Notes: generated by a model not told the origin, from the letters alone. A stretch of DNA of 64,000 bases from an uncultured Candidatus Saccharibacteria bacterium (GCA_964361095.1 CAYHZA010000001.1:1456-65455); one strand, 5' to 3'. Numbered from the stretch's first letter, positions 35,637-46,630 are shown. Numbers and translations: made by a program.

Positions 35637-36908
35637 ATGGACACGTACGATTATCTCGGGAAAGTGCTTGGCGTTGAGAAGAGTCAACTTGAGCGACTTG
35701 ACTCGGTGATGGCCGAGCGAACGGGGCGTGCGGACATTTTAGAGAAAGTGCGAAAAGAAAATGAAGATCGGATTTCCACTACGCTCGCGCTTCTTGGTGC
35801 AACGCAAAAATCGGCATCCCATGTACGTGAAGTCTTAAAAAATGCGGTTCTCGCGCATGAAGCACAGCTTCTTAGTTTTTTGACGATTATCGAGGGTCAG
35901 AACCAGTTCGAGAAGGCCGCGAAGTTGGCGAAGAAGATTGCCAAGTCGAGCCCGGGATTTTTCTTGAAGAGGCAGTACGCCGAAGAAATTTTACGGAAGC
36001 GTCGCCCCGAAAATCTTTTGAAGTATCTTGGATACGCGAACGTGGACGAGCTTTTCGAAAAGAATGACGTTTTGGAGGCGTTTAGCGCTTTGCGATTCGT
36101 GGAATCCGACGAGTGGATGCACCAGACATTCGAAGAGGCTTACAGCGCATTTACGCCTGCGGATTTTGAGGAACGAGAGATTGAGATCAAGGTATTGGGT
36201 TCCGAGTGGCATGAGATTGCCGCGAAATTTGTCGCGAAGAAGCATCATAACGTAAGTCATCTTAAGGAATTCGGAGTCATTTTCATAAATCCTATCCAAG
36301 AAGACGTGCAGGGGAAATTCTTAAGGGACTTCGCGCTTCTCCTCCATTATTTCCACGAGGTAGAATTCTATTCGAAGCTCTTTAAGAAATACTCGTGGGG
36401 CAGTGATTTTGCGGTGAGACTTAAGGCGCTTCTTCGCGGCGATGTGAAGGAAGTCAGTTTGGTTGGTGACGGCTCGCCCTCCCAAGTTTCGCAGAGCGAA
36501 ACTTGGGAGGGTAAATGGCTTATTGTTCAGAGGTATCTTTTTAAAGAAAACCCAAGCGACCCGCGGCTTTTTCTCCCGCGCGTGAATCCGGAATCAATGC
36601 ATTGGCTCCGCGGCGAGCGTGATCTGGCGCTCTTTAGCGGAGCGGGAGAAAAGCTAGATATGAAGTTGTGGCATAACTTGGACTGGGTAGGCGGGCTTTT
36701 TGACGGCGAAAAGGATGAAATAGTGAGTTTCGATTTGGAAGATAACGCGATGGCGGCAGTTTCTTTTATAGAAAACAAAAATGAATTTTTTACCTATCAT
36801 CAACGGGAGGCTCTCTGGACGAAGATTTTTATGGAGTACGTGGGCGGAGAGGAAGAGATGGAGCGTCTGCTTATTGAGAATTTTGATAAGGGCGTGATTA
36901 AGTTTTAA
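35637..36908 (+). CDS. Hypothetical protein
   Basis: 423 aa with no recognisable motifs. Start is adjacent to the previous stop. Confidence 0.4.
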   Translation: MDTYDYLGKVLGVEKSQLERLDSVMAERTGRADILEKVRKENEDRISTTLALLGATQKSASHVREVLKNAVLAHEAQLLSFLTIIEGQNQFEKAAKLAKKIAKSSPGFFLKRQYAEEILRKRRPENLLKYLGYANVDELFEKNDVLEAFSALRFVESDEWMHQTFEEAYSAFTPADFEEREIEIKVLGSEWHEIAAKFVAKKHHNVSHLKEFGVIFINPIQEDVQGKFLRDFALLLHYFHEVEFYSKLFKKYSWGSDFAVRLKALLRGDVKEVSLVGDGSPSQVSQSETWEGKWLIVQRYLFKENPSDPRLFLPRVNPESMHWLRGERDLALFSGAGEKLDMKLWHNLDWVGGLFDGEKDEIVSFDLEDNAMAAVSFIENKNEFFTYHQREALWTKIFMEYVGGEEEMERLLIENFDKGVIKF

Positions 36909-36937
36909 AGGGGTGGTAGAATTTCTACATTAAAAAC

Positions 36938-37831
36938 ATGAAAACACTTCGGGAAATCTTTAAAGAGGCAGAAGACATGGGTAGAGCTGTTGGGCACTTC
37001 AATATTTCCGACTCTGTTGCCTTGCGGGCTATTTTTGAATCCGCGAGAGAGTTGAATGTGCCGATCTTAATCGGAGCCTCCGAAGGCGAACGTGATTTTT
37101 TGGGAGTGCGGCAAACAGTGGCGCTTGTAAAAAGTCTTCGCGAAGAATATGACTACCCGATTTTTTTGAATGCCGATCATACGCATTCTGTGGAAAAAAT
37201 AAAGGAAGCGGTAGAAGCGGGATTTGATGCCGTGCTTTTTGACGGCTCGAAGCTTCCCTTTGAAGAGAACGTGCGGCTTACGAAAGAGGTCGTGCAACTT
37301 GCGAAGAGCTTGAATCCCGATGTTGTCGTTGAAGGGGAACTTGGATATATAGGTTCTTCTTCGGCAATTTTGAAAGAAATTCCGGAGGGAGCCGCGATGA
37401 AACCTGAGGATCTTACGAGTCCCGAGCAATCGGCGATATTTATAAAAGAAACAGGAATCGATCTTTTCGCTCCCGCGGTCGGGAATTTGCACGGAATGCT
37501 TGTCCGCCAAAGCACAAGCGGCGGCGGATTCGAGACGATAAATCCGCGTCTCGACATAAACCGGATTTCGGAAATTAAAAAAGTGGTCGGCATCCCTTTG
37601 GTGCTTCACGGAGGGTCGGGGATTGTTGATGAGGATTTTGTCGCGGCAATAAAGGCGGGTATTACGATTATTCATATTAATACCGAAATTCGCCTTGCGT
37701 GGCGAAAAGGAATAGAGGAAGGATTGAAAAATAATCCCGATGAAGTTGCGCCCTACAAAATTTATCCGCCGGCTCTTGAGGGAATAAAGCGTGTCGTGCG
37801 CGAGCGTCTGCGCTTATTCAGCGGCTCCTGA
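36938..37831 (+). CDS. fba: Fructose-bisphosphate aldolase, class II
   Basis: AVGHFNISD, LNADHTHS, HGGSG motifs. Confidence 0.8.
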   Translation: MKTLREIFKEAEDMGRAVGHFNISDSVALRAIFESARELNVPILIGASEGERDFLGVRQTVALVKSLREEYDYPIFLNADHTHSVEKIKEAVEAGFDAVLFDGSKLPFEENVRLTKEVVQLAKSLNPDVVVEGELGYIGSSSAILKEIPEGAAMKPEDLTSPEQSAIFIKETGIDLFAPAVGNLHGMLVRQSTSGGGFETINPRLDINRISEIKKVVGIPLVLHGGSGIVDEDFVAAIKAGITIIHINTEIRLAWRKGIEEGLKNNPDEVAPYKIYPPALEGIKRVVRERLRLFSGS

Positions 37832-38303
37832 TTTTTTGGTAAACCGAGAAGCGGTATCCCTCGCGCTTTTCTTCTTCGGTAATTTCCCATTCCGTCTGCT
37901 TGATCGCGGGGAAGTATGTGTCTCCGGGAATGTTTTGCAGTACATGCGTAATACAAAGGCGGTCCGCGCTATCGATTGTCTGCGCGTAAATTTCGGCTCC
38001 CCCGATTATAAAAACATCTTCGTTTTCGTGTGCCGTGAGAGCATCGTGAACACTATGGCGTATTTCTACCTCCGGCGGTGCTTGGAAATCCTCGCTTCTC
38101 GTCACAACCACGTTTTTTCTTCCCGGAAGAGGGTGTCCGAGCGTTTTTAAAATCGACTCAAACGTTTTCCGTCCCATTATGAGCGTGTGCCCCAGTGTCA
38201 GCGTTTTGAAGCGTTTCAGGTCTTCGGGAATATGCCAGGGAATCTGATTGTCTTTTCCGATTACGTTATCTTCGGCTACCGCGGCGATAAGGGTGATACT
38301 CAT
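37818..38303 (-). CDS. folA: Dihydrofolate reductase
   Basis: ITLIAAVAEDNVIGKDNQIPW...LIMGRKTFESI. The start is taken at the MSITL Met. Overlaps the thyA stop by a few nt. Confidence 0.8.
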   Translation of the reverse strand: MSITLIAAVAEDNVIGKDNQIPWHIPEDLKRFKTLTLGHTLIMGRKTFESILKTLGHPLPGRKNVVVTRSEDFQAPPEVEIRHSVHDALTAHENEDVFIIGGAEIYAQTIDSADRLCITHVLQNIPGDTYFPAIKQTEWEITEEEKREGYRFSVYQKIRSR

Positions 38304-38307
38304 CGGT

Positions 38308-39180
38308 TTAGACGGCGATTTCGAAGTTGATTCTCGGATAACTTTGATAGTTTTCAATGAGTGTGTCTTCCGCTTTCCAATCAAAGATCGACGTGAAATT
38401 AGGAGTAGATACGGCAGGAAGAGGATATGTCGATGGGTCGCGGGAAAGTTGTTCTTTTGCTCCGTCCAAATGATTTACGTAAATGTGGGTATCCGCGAGA
38501 AATCCGACGAGATGTCCCTCCTTCAGTCTGGATTCTTTCGCGATAAGGTGCAGAAGAAGGCCGTAACTTGCGATATTAAACGGAAGGCCGAGCATGACAT
38601 CCACCGAGCGTTGATTCCAGAGGAGGTTTAACTTCCCGTTAATAACGGTTATCTGGAAGGCGTAGTGGCATGGGGGCAGACCCATCTTGTCGAGGGTGAG
38701 AGGATTCCAACTTGATACGATCATTCTCCGGTCGTTCGGATCGTTTTTTAATTTTTCGATTACGCGGCGCAGTTGATCGATGCCTTCCGTGCCGTATTGG
38801 GCTTCGTATCCGCGATATTCGGCGCCGAAGTGTCTCCATTGAAAACCGTAAATCGGTCCAAGGTCCCGCTCCTCGAGCATTTTCTGTTTCGTGACCGCGT
38901 CGTGTCCGTAAGGAACTTTTTCCGGACTCGCCCATTCATCCCAAATATGATTCCCGTGATCTTGGAGCCATTTTTTATCGGTGGAGCCTTTTATGAAGAA
39001 TTCGAGTTCGCTCGCGATGAGTCGGAACGGTATTTTTTTTGTCGTAAGAAGCGGGAATCCCCGCGTCATGTCGTGTTCGAAAATCGCGCCCGCTATCGTA
39101 AGCGCGTCTACGCCCGTTCGGTTTTTTTTCCGCTCTCCCTTTTGTATGACGTTTTGGACGATCGTTAAATACGGTTTCAT
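38308..39180 (-). CDS. thyA: Thymidylate synthase (ThyA)
   Basis: MKPYL...RTGVDALTIAG...PPCHYAFQ...DTHIYVNH. Confidence 0.9.
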   Translation of the reverse strand: MKPYLTIVQNVIQKGERKKNRTGVDALTIAGAIFEHDMTRGFPLLTTKKIPFRLIASELEFFIKGSTDKKWLQDHGNHIWDEWASPEKVPYGHDAVTKQKMLEERDLGPIYGFQWRHFGAEYRGYEAQYGTEGIDQLRRVIEKLKNDPNDRRMIVSSWNPLTLDKMGLPPCHYAFQITVINGKLNLLWNQRSVDVMLGLPFNIASYGLLLHLIAKESRLKEGHLVGFLADTHIYVNHLDGAKEQLSRDPSTYPLPAVSTPNFTSIFDWKAEDTLIENYQSYPRINFEIAV

Positions 39181-39300
39181 CTGTTTTGTGTACATAGTAT
39201 CAGTGTTTTTTTCTTGGCGCAATTGATGCGTTTTAAGGTGTTGGGGCGTATATCCTATGCATCGTTGTCAAAACAAAAAAGGTGTGATATTCTTACCAGC

Positions 39301-39954
39301 ATGGAATTAGCAGTTGAAGAACGCAAAAAATTCGGGAAAGCAGGTAAAACACTCCGTGGCGAGGGTTTGATTCCCGCGGAATTGTATGGGCATGGGCTTC
39401 AAAACATGCATCTCGCGGTAAAAACAAAAGAGTTTTCAAAGGTGTTTAAAGAAGCGGGAGAGAATATCATTGTGAATCTTATGTTCGGAAAAGAAAAACT
39501 TCCGGCGCTTATCCACGATATCCAACGGCACTATGTGACCGATGAAATAATCCATATCGATTTTTATCAGGTGAGAATGGACGAAAAAATTACGACTCAT
39601 ATTCCGATCGAATTTACGGGAGACGCGCCTGCCGTAAAAGAACAAGGTGGATTTTTGAATAAAACATTGACAGAGATTGAAGTAGAAGCTTTACCGGCCG
39701 ATTTACCGCATGGTTTTACTTTGGATTTAGGATCTTTGAATGAGTTGAATAAAAGTTTATATGTTAAAGATATTTCGGTGCCGTCGGGCGTCAAGGTGCT
39801 TCTTGACCCGGAGGCGGTGGTGGTAACGGTTATTCCTCCTGTTAAAGAAGAAGAGAAGGTTGAAGTTCCCGTTGACGTAACCGCCGTCAAAGTTGAATCC
39901 GAAGAAAAGAAAGCAGAACGAGCAGCGGAAAAATCTAAAGAAGAGAAAGAGTAG
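39301..39954 (+). CDS. rplY: Ribosomal protein bL25 / general stress protein Ctc
   Basis: MELAVEERKKFGK...LRGEGLIPAELYG. Confidence 0.75.
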   Translation: MELAVEERKKFGKAGKTLRGEGLIPAELYGHGLQNMHLAVKTKEFSKVFKEAGENIIVNLMFGKEKLPALIHDIQRHYVTDEIIHIDFYQVRMDEKITTHIPIEFTGDAPAVKEQGGFLNKTLTEIEVEALPADLPHGFTLDLGSLNELNKSLYVKDISVPSGVKVLLDPEAVVVTVIPPVKEEEKVEVPVDVTAVKVESEEKKAERAAEKSKEEKE

Positions 39955-40006
39955 ATTTAGAGGTGTTGTCGTTTTACAAATTCAAACGTAGTATTTAAGG
40001 CACAGT

Positions 40007-41443
40007 ATGTCGAAGCTTTCAAAACCAAGAATACTCCGAGACGTGCGGCCCTTTGGAAATATGAGCAATTTCGAAGCTCTTGCTCCGCGGGTTAATTTGC
40101 GATGGAGTTCTTTTTTTGTGATTCCCGTAGGAAGGTTTGTGAAGTATCTTGTGGGGGCTTTCGCGCTTCTTACATTCATTACGGGTTCGGCATCCGCTCC
40201 TACGATGCTTACTCTCGCGGCTCCGAATGTTCCAACGGCTCCAAATCAAGAAGAACGGAATGCGCTTGAAGTTCAACTTCAGGATCTTGAACGCCAAATC
40301 GACGAATACGAGAATCAAGTTACCACCTATAAAAAACAGGGAGGAAATTTAAAAACCCAAATTTTGAGCTTGAACGGAAAGATCTCCCAAATTAACCTTA
40401 AAATTAAGGCGGTCACTTTGACATTGGGACAAATTGATAGACAAATCGACGAAACACAAGAAGAAATTAGCGGAACCGAAGCGGAAATACGGATTAACAA
40501 GGAGGCGATAAGTATTTTATTGCAAAATATTTACGCAAACGACCAAGTAAGTTTGATAGAGATTTTTCTCGCGAAACCGAAGCTTTCCGATTTTTTTGGC
40601 GACATGAATAACATCGCGCTCCTTCAAAAGAATTTACGTGTTGCCTTGAGTGGGGGTGTGAATCTTCACGAAAAACTTACCGAAGAAAAAACTCGGCTTG
40701 TACTCGCGCGATCTGATGCGACAATGTTGAAAAACCATAATGCCGTTCAGCGCGCGGAAGTTGAGCGCACGAAGCTCGAGAAGAATAATTTGCTTCTCGC
40801 GACAAAAGGACAAGAATCAAAATATCAGTCATTACTCAAGGAAACAAAAAAAACCGCGGCGCAGATACGCAGCCGACTCTTCCAACTTTTGGGCGGGGGA
40901 GAACTTACATTCGAACAGGCTTATGAATACGCGAAGCTTGCCTCAAACGCGACGGGTGTGCGCCCCGCGCTCATTTTAGCGGTACTCGATAGAGAATCCG
41001 CGCTGGGACAAAATGTGGGACGATGCGGCTATAAAACATCAATGAGTCCGAAGAACCAGCCGATCTTTCTCGATATCACGAAGGAGTTGAAAATTAATCC
41101 GGATACGATGATGGTGTCGTGCGCGAATAAAGACGGCGCTTATGGCGGCGCTATGGGTCCCGCTCAATTTATTCCCTCAACATGGATTCTCTATCGTGAT
41201 GCGGTTGCAAGAGTTACGGGCAATACTCCGGCTTCTCCTTGGAGTAATGCCGATGCTTTCGTGGCTACCGCTTTGTATCTTCGGGATGCCGGCGCTGCAA
41301 ATGCTTCGATCACCGAAGAACGAAAGGCGGCGGCTCGCTACTATGCGGGCGGAAGATGGCAAAGGTTCCTTTGGACCTATGGTGAAGCCGTGGTGAGCCG
41401 TGCCCAGAGGTTCCAGCAGGATATCGCGGCGATAACCGGTTAG
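40007..41443 (+). CDS. Secreted coiled-coil protein with C-terminal lytic-transglycosylase-like domain
   Basis: N-terminal TM/signal and long coiled coil. [10 protein letters not shown] motif. Confidence 0.55.
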   Translation: MSKLSKPRILRDVRPFGNMSNFEALAPRVNLRWSSFFVIPVGRFVKYLVGAFALLTFITGSASAPTMLTLAAPNVPTAPNQEERNALEVQLQDLERQIDEYENQVTTYKKQGGNLKTQILSLNGKISQINLKIKAVTLTLGQIDRQIDETQEEISGTEAEIRINKEAISILLQNIYANDQVSLIEIFLAKPKLSDFFGDMNNIALLQKNLRVALSGGVNLHEKLTEEKTRLVLARSDATMLKNHNAVQRAEVERTKLEKNNLLLATKGQESKYQSLLKETKKTAAQIRSRLFQLLGGGELTFEQAYEYAKLASNATGVRPALILAVLDRESALGQNVGRCGYKTSMSPKNQPIFLDITKELKINPDTMMVSCANKDGAYGGAMGPAQFIPSTWILYRDAVARVTGNTPASPWSNADAFVATALYLRDAGAANASITEERKAAARYYAGGRWQRFLWTYGEAVVSRAQRFQQDIAAITG

Positions 41444-41565
41444 TGTTTTAGTCCGGGGTTTTAGGGCGTCACAAGACCGGCCGGCACGCCGGCTATTTCA
41501 TTTCTCCGAGAATTTCTTTACTATTAGATTGTCGAATAAAATCTTATATCACCATAGTAAACGTT

Positions 41566-42831
41566 ATGCATAAAAAAATAGTCCTTAGGAATGGTTTACG
41601 TCTTATTCTCGCGCCCCAGCCGACGAGTTTTGCGGCGACGGCCCTTATTTTAGTCGAAGCCGGTTCGGAGTATGAGACAAAGGATATAAACGGTGTCTCC
41701 CATTTCCTTGAGCATATGGTGTTTAAGGGTACGACGAAGCGGCCGGAGGCAAGCACTATCTCAAGCGAACTCGACAGCCTTGGCGCCGAATACAATGCTT
41801 TCACCGGTCAGGAATACACGGGTTATTGGGCGAAGGTTCAGAACAAAAAAATCGCGGAAATCTTGGATATTGTCGCGGATATGTATTTAAATCCGCTTTT
41901 TAAGTCCGAAGAGATTGACAAGGAACGGGGAGTGATTATTGAAGAGATCAATCTTTACGAAGACACGCCAACGCGCCGCGTGCATGATCTTTTTACGACG
42001 CTTCTTTATGGCAACCAGCCGGCTGGCTGGGATATCGGAGGAAGAAAAGAAGTTATCAGAAAATTAAAGCGGGAAGATTTTATCAAGTATCGTGCAGCGC
42101 ATTACGTTGCCCCGGCAACGGTAGTGGCGATTGCGGGAAATTTCAACGTGAAAAGAGTTATGGCGCAAGTAAAGGGACTCTTTGGTGGCCTCAAGCGTGA
42201 GCGAAAACAAGGGAAATCACGCACTCATGAATCACAATCAAAACCGAAGATGTTTTTGAAATTCAAGGAATCGGAGCAGAGCCATCTTGTATTGGGGACT
42301 CGCGCATTCAATCTTTTTGACAAGCGGCGTTATGCGCTCCAGGTTTTGAGCGATGTCTTAGGAGGAGGGATGAGTTCCCGTCTTTTCCGGAGAGTTCGTG
42401 AGGAACTTGGCGCCGCATATTACGTCCGCGCGGGATCGGAATTATCGATCGATCACGGCTATCTCTCGGTTTCGGCGGGTGTTGATCATTTGAAAATTGA
42501 AAAAGTAATAGCGATCGTACTCGAAGAAATGAACCGCTTGAAAAAAGAGGAGATTCCTCGCGGAGAACTTCAAAAGGCAAAGGATCATCTTTCGGGGAGT
42601 GTTATCTTGGGTTTGGAAACGTCGGATGAACTTGCCGGTTTTTACGGCGGAGAAGAGATCGCGACGCGCTCCATTGAAGAACCGGAGGTCCTTATTAAAA
42701 AGATCCAGAAGGTTACTGCCGAGGAGATAAGAAAAGTCGCGCAAGATATTTTCCAAAATGCCAAGTTGAATATGGTCGTTATCGGACCCTATAAGAAAGA
42801 AGATACATTCAAACGAATTCTAAAACTATAA
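41566..42831 (+). CDS. M16-family zinc peptidase (insulinase-like)
   Basis: HFLEHMVFKGT (inverted HxxEH zinc motif). Confidence 0.75.
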   Translation: MHKKIVLRNGLRLILAPQPTSFAATALILVEAGSEYETKDINGVSHFLEHMVFKGTTKRPEASTISSELDSLGAEYNAFTGQEYTGYWAKVQNKKIAEILDIVADMYLNPLFKSEEIDKERGVIIEEINLYEDTPTRRVHDLFTTLLYGNQPAGWDIGGRKEVIRKLKREDFIKYRAAHYVAPATVVAIAGNFNVKRVMAQVKGLFGGLKRERKQGKSRTHESQSKPKMFLKFKESEQSHLVLGTRAFNLFDKRRYALQVLSDVLGGGMSSRLFRRVREELGAAYYVRAGSELSIDHGYLSVSAGVDHLKIEKVIAIVLEEMNRLKKEEIPRGELQKAKDHLSGSVILGLETSDELAGFYGGEEIATRSIEEPEVLIKKIQKVTAEEIRKVAQDIFQNAKLNMVVIGPYKKEDTFKRILKL

Positions 42832-42847
42832 GATAAAAACTGCTCGT

Positions 42848-43870
42848 ATGGAAAAGGTCAATTTGGAAATTTCATGGGGTGCGCTCTGGCGAGTGCTTTT
42901 CTTTGTTCTCTTTGTTGCGGTTATGTTTTTGGCGCGTCAGATCTTTTTCGGTCTTTTCCTCGCGATCGTGATTTCTTCGGGACTTGAGGGTGTCGTGAAT
43001 TTTTTGGAAAAACGCGGTTTACCGCGGGCGTTAAGCGTTATTGCTATTTTCGTCGCGGGTATTGTGATGGTGATAGGAGTGGTTTATCTCGCGGTGCCTC
43101 TTCTTATCGCGGATATTAATATCGCGGTTACCAGTTTTAATAAATCGATCCAATCGTTCGGATTCGGACCCGTGTTGAATCCCGAGATCTTGAAGTCATT
43201 CAACGGTTTTATCACGAGAATTTCAACGAGTTTATTTTCTTCCGACAGTACGTCGCCGCTTGAAGCGCTTTCCGGATTTTTGGGGGGATTAAGTCTGGCG
43301 GTTTCGGTATTCGTGAGCTCGTTTTACTTGAGTCTTACCAAGGACGGAGTTGAGCGTTTCATTCGCGCGGTATTTCCCGCCGATTCGGAAGAAGCGGCGC
43401 TTCGTGTATATGATCGTTCAAAACGACAGATTGCGATTTGGTTCCGTACGCAAGTGATCTTGAGTTTTGTGATAGGAATTTTGGTTTGGGGAGCGCTTTC
43501 TGTTTTAGGAGTAAAGCATGCCTTGCTTCTTGCGATTCTTGCCGGTCTCTTTGAAATTGTGCCGTATGTAGGACCGATCTTGGCGGGCGCCACGGCGGTG
43601 CTTGCGGCTCTCGCGGTTTCCCCTGGCCTCGCGCTTACGACACTTATCGTCTTCCTCGGTATACAACAGCTCGAAAACCATATTCTTGTACCCGTGTTGA
43701 TGAAGCGTTCCGTAGGGCTTCATCCCGTTGTGGTGATCATCGCATTACTTGTGGGAGCGGAGATCATGGGCTTTTTGGGAATCCTCATCGCGGTTCCTGT
43801 CGCCGCGATATTTCAGGAGGTTGTCGAAGATTGGTCCAGTAAAAAAAGATCGCGTTCCGCCGCTTCTTAG
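42848..43870 (+). CDS. AI-2E family transporter (PerM/YhhT-like)
   Basis: 8 TM helices with the typical AI-2E hydrophobicity pattern. Low-specificity call. Confidence 0.5.
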   Translation: MEKVNLEISWGALWRVLFFVLFVAVMFLARQIFFGLFLAIVISSGLEGVVNFLEKRGLPRALSVIAIFVAGIVMVIGVVYLAVPLLIADINIAVTSFNKSIQSFGFGPVLNPEILKSFNGFITRISTSLFSSDSTSPLEALSGFLGGLSLAVSVFVSSFYLSLTKDGVERFIRAVFPADSEEAALRVYDRSKRQIAIWFRTQVILSFVIGILVWGALSVLGVKHALLLAILAGLFEIVPYVGPILAGATAVLAALAVSPGLALTTLIVFLGIQQLENHILVPVLMKRSVGLHPVVVIIALLVGAEIMGFLGILIAVPVAAIFQEVVEDWSSKKRSRSAAS

Positions 43871-43873
43871 CCG

Positions 43874-45328
43874 ATGAGAAAGTTCTATATTACGACGGCG
43901 ATCGATTACGTGAATGACAAGCCGCATCTTGGCCATGCCTTGGAAAAAGTGCAGGCTGATGTTATCGCGCGTTATCATCGCCTCAAAGGCGATGATGTTT
44001 TCTTTTTAACGGGCACGGACGAGCATGGACAGAAAATCGCCCGTGCGGCAAAAGGGGTAGAGAAGGAGCCGCAAAAATTCGTAGATGAAGTTTCCGAGAA
44101 ATTTCGGTCTTTGAAAGACGCGCTTAATTTATCGTATAACGATTTTATCCGCACGAGCGATAAAGAACGGCACTGGCCGGGAGCAGTAAATATGTGGCGG
44201 GAACTTATGCTCGCGGGCGCGATCTACAAGAAAAACTACAAGGGATTTTATTGCGTGGGACACGAGGCGTTTATTACGGAAAAAGAGTTAATTGACGGTA
44301 AATGCCCGGATCATGGGAAAGAGCCCGAAATTATCGAAGAGGAGAATTATTTTTTTAAACTCTCGGAATATGGTTCGCGGATCAAAGAGAAAATAGAGAG
44401 TGATGAATTTCAGATTATTCCGGAGAGTCGTAAGAATGAGATTCTGTCTTTGATTGATCGTGGGCTTGAGGATATAAGCTTTTCACGTTCCGCAAAAAAT
44501 TTAGAGTGGGGCATACCGGTGCCGGATGATTCGGATCAGGTGATGTATGTGTGGTGCGACGCGCTCACAAATTATCTTTCGGCAATCGGCTATGGGCAGA
44601 ATGATGATTATAAAAAATGGTGGCCGGCGGATGTGCAGGTAATCGGCAAGGACATTCTGCGTTTTCACGCCGCAATCTGGCCCGCGATGCTTTTGGCCGC
44701 AGGCTTGGAATTGCCCCAAAAGCTTTTTGTGCATGGGTTTATTACGGTAGATGGCAAGAAAATGTCTAAAACGATTGGGAATGTTCTCGACCCGGTGGAA
44801 TTTATAGAAAAACTGGTTCAAAGGGGCGTTCCGCGAGAGAGCGCAATAGATGCCCTTCGTTATTATTTACTGCGCGAAATTCCCTCGACCGAGGACGGCG
44901 ATTTTTCCGAAGAGAAATTTATCGAGCGCTATAATGCCGATTTGGCGAACGGATTGGGGAATTTGGTAAGTCGTGTTATGAAAATGGCAGGATCTTTTGG
45001 GGCAAAATTAAAAAAGGATGAAGTGGGAAAAATCGAGGGAGACATAACTAATTTACAAATCAATGAAATGTTATTGTGCTTTAATTTTGCTCATGCGCTC
45101 GAGATGATAATGGGTTATTTTAGACAATGCGACATTTACATACAAGAGAAAGAACCATACAAATTGGAGGGTGAACAGGGGCGTTTCCATGTCGAGTATC
45201 TGATGGCGGCCCTGTATAGGGACATAGAGTTTTTGGAACCATTTTTACCGGCAACAAGTAAAAAAATTTTCGACATACTCGAACGTGGTCTAGAGGTAAA
45301 AAACCCTCTTTTCCCCCGCATTTCCTAA
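43874..45328 (+). CDS. metG: Methionine--tRNA ligase (short form)
   Basis: HLGH motif, KMSKT motif, zinc knuckle CxxC. Confidence 0.9.
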   Translation: MRKFYITTAIDYVNDKPHLGHALEKVQADVIARYHRLKGDDVFFLTGTDEHGQKIARAAKGVEKEPQKFVDEVSEKFRSLKDALNLSYNDFIRTSDKERHWPGAVNMWRELMLAGAIYKKNYKGFYCVGHEAFITEKELIDGKCPDHGKEPEIIEEENYFFKLSEYGSRIKEKIESDEFQIIPESRKNEILSLIDRGLEDISFSRSAKNLEWGIPVPDDSDQVMYVWCDALTNYLSAIGYGQNDDYKKWWPADVQVIGKDILRFHAAIWPAMLLAAGLELPQKLFVHGFITVDGKKMSKTIGNVLDPVEFIEKLVQRGVPRESAIDALRYYLLREIPSTEDGDFSEEKFIERYNADLANGLGNLVSRVMKMAGSFGAKLKKDEVGKIEGDITNLQINEMLLCFNFAHALEMIMGYFRQCDIYIQEKEPYKLEGEQGRFHVEYLMAALYRDIEFLEPFLPATSKKIFDILERGLEVKNPLFPRIS

Positions 45329-46156
45329 ATGTATTTCGACGCTCACACTCATTCGCATTTTGCCGCTTTCGAAAACGACTGGAAGGAAGTTATTGATCGT
45401 GCGCTTGCCAAGAATGTATGGATGATTAACGTCGGCACGCAGGCAGATACCTCAAAGAGCGCTATCGAAGTTGCGTATGGATATAAAGAAGGCGTATACG
45501 CGACTGTAGGTCTCCATCCTATTCACACGGAAAAATCGTATCATGACGCGAATGAACTTGGTGATTCTGAAGAGGCGAAAGGATTTACAAGCCGCGGAGA
45601 GGAGTTTGATTATGCCGCGTATTTAAAACTCGCCGAGGATCCCAAGGTGGTCGCGATAGGCGAGTGTGGATTGGATTATTACCGTTTAAGCGAAGAAACT
45701 CGTAAGCGCCAAGAGGCGACGTTCTTGGGACACGTGGAACTTGCGCATGAGGTGAAAAAGCCGCTTATGATTCATTGCAGGAACGCTTTTGCGGACCTTA
45801 TTCGCATCCTTGGGGCGGCAAAAGATTCTTTAAATGACCAGCCGGGTGTCATCCATTTTTTCACCGGAACTCCGGAGGACGCAAAGCAACTTCTGGATCT
45901 TGGATTTTCTTTTACGTTCGGCGGGGTGATCACATTCGCGCGGGATTACGATGAAGTCATAAAAACGATACCTATAGATAGAATACTCTCCGAAACCGAC
46001 GCGCCCTATGTAACTCCCGTGCCCTATCGCGGCAAGCGCAACGAGCCGGCGTACGTGGTTGAGGTGGTCAAAAAATTGGCGGAACTTAAAAATATCGAGG
46101 TGGACAGAATGGAAGCATATATATTTGACAACGCCAAACATATCTTTAAGATATAG
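45329..46156 (+). CDS. tatD: TatD-family metal-dependent hydrolase/DNase
   Basis: N-terminal HTHSH motif and TatD TIM-barrel pattern. Confidence 0.8.
   Translation: MYFDAHTHSHFAAFENDWKEVIDRALAKNVWMINVGTQADTSKSAIEVAYGYKEGVYATVGLHPIHTEKSYHDANELGDSEEAKGFTSRGEEFDYAAYLKLAEDPKVVAIGECGLDYYRLSEETRKRQEATFLGHVELAHEVKKPLMIHCRNAFADLIRILGAAKDSLNDQPGVIHFFTGTPEDAKQLLDLGFSFTFGGVITFARDYDEVIKTIPIDRILSETDAPYVTPVPYRGKRNEPAYVVEVVKKLAELKNIEVDRMEAYIFDNAKHIFKI
46124..46156. repeat. 33-bp direct repeat copy 1 (tatD 3' end tttgacaacgccaaacatatctttaagatatag)
   Basis: 31/33 identical to 46631-46663. Confidence 0.7.
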
Positions 46157-46189
46157 ACAGCAATTCTCGACATCAAGGAGGAAGAAGAG

Positions 46190-46567
46190 ATGTATAGCGA
46201 CGATGTTGTGCGCCAGCTTTTCTACCAGATTGTGGTTCGCCTGCGGGATTCCTTGGGAAAGCCAAAGCCTTTTCACTACAAGCTCGCGATTCTGCTCGGA
46301 GTAAGGGAGCAAGAGGTGCGTTCGTGGGAAGGCGGAGGTCTGCCCGATGAGCAGACGGTGTGGAAAGCGCTCCGCTTGCAGATGCTTCTTGATGCCTTGG
46401 GTAATCAGGTGAACGCAGAAGACCGGATAGGTTTTCTACTTCGGTTCCACCAGGGGCTTTCTGGCCTCCGTCCCATAGACTGTCTTGATTCGGCGTCGGC
46501 AGCGGCCGAGGTGAGGCAACTTGTGTTTGGGGATAGAAATGGTGGGAACGAGATTCCTCAGGGATAG
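46190..46567 (+). CDS. Hypothetical protein (cassette ORF between the tatD-end direct repeats)
   Basis: 125 aa, GC-rich, RBS aaggagg. Confidence 0.35.
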   Translation: MYSDDVVRQLFYQIVVRLRDSLGKPKPFHYKLAILLGVREQEVRSWEGGGLPDEQTVWKALRLQMLLDALGNQVNAEDRIGFLLRFHQGLSGLRPIDCLDSASAAAEVRQLVFGDRNGGNEIPQG

Positions 46568-46593
46568 GATACAGCTCCCATAGAAATTCAAAA

Positions 46594-46624
46594 GCCGCAT
46601 GGTTCGCCCAGCGGCATTTTATTT
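46594..46624 (+). terminator. Hairpin gccg-CATGGTTCGCCCAG-cggc plus T-rich tail. Conserved-loop partner of 12293-12316.
   Basis: See 12293-12322. Confidence 0.5.
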
Positions 46625-46630
46625 ATGGTG

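Noticed and set aside
37067-37675. Minus-strand ORFs within fba (37067-37675, 37177-37593)
   Set aside because: Antisense to the class II aldolase gene, which has strong motif support.
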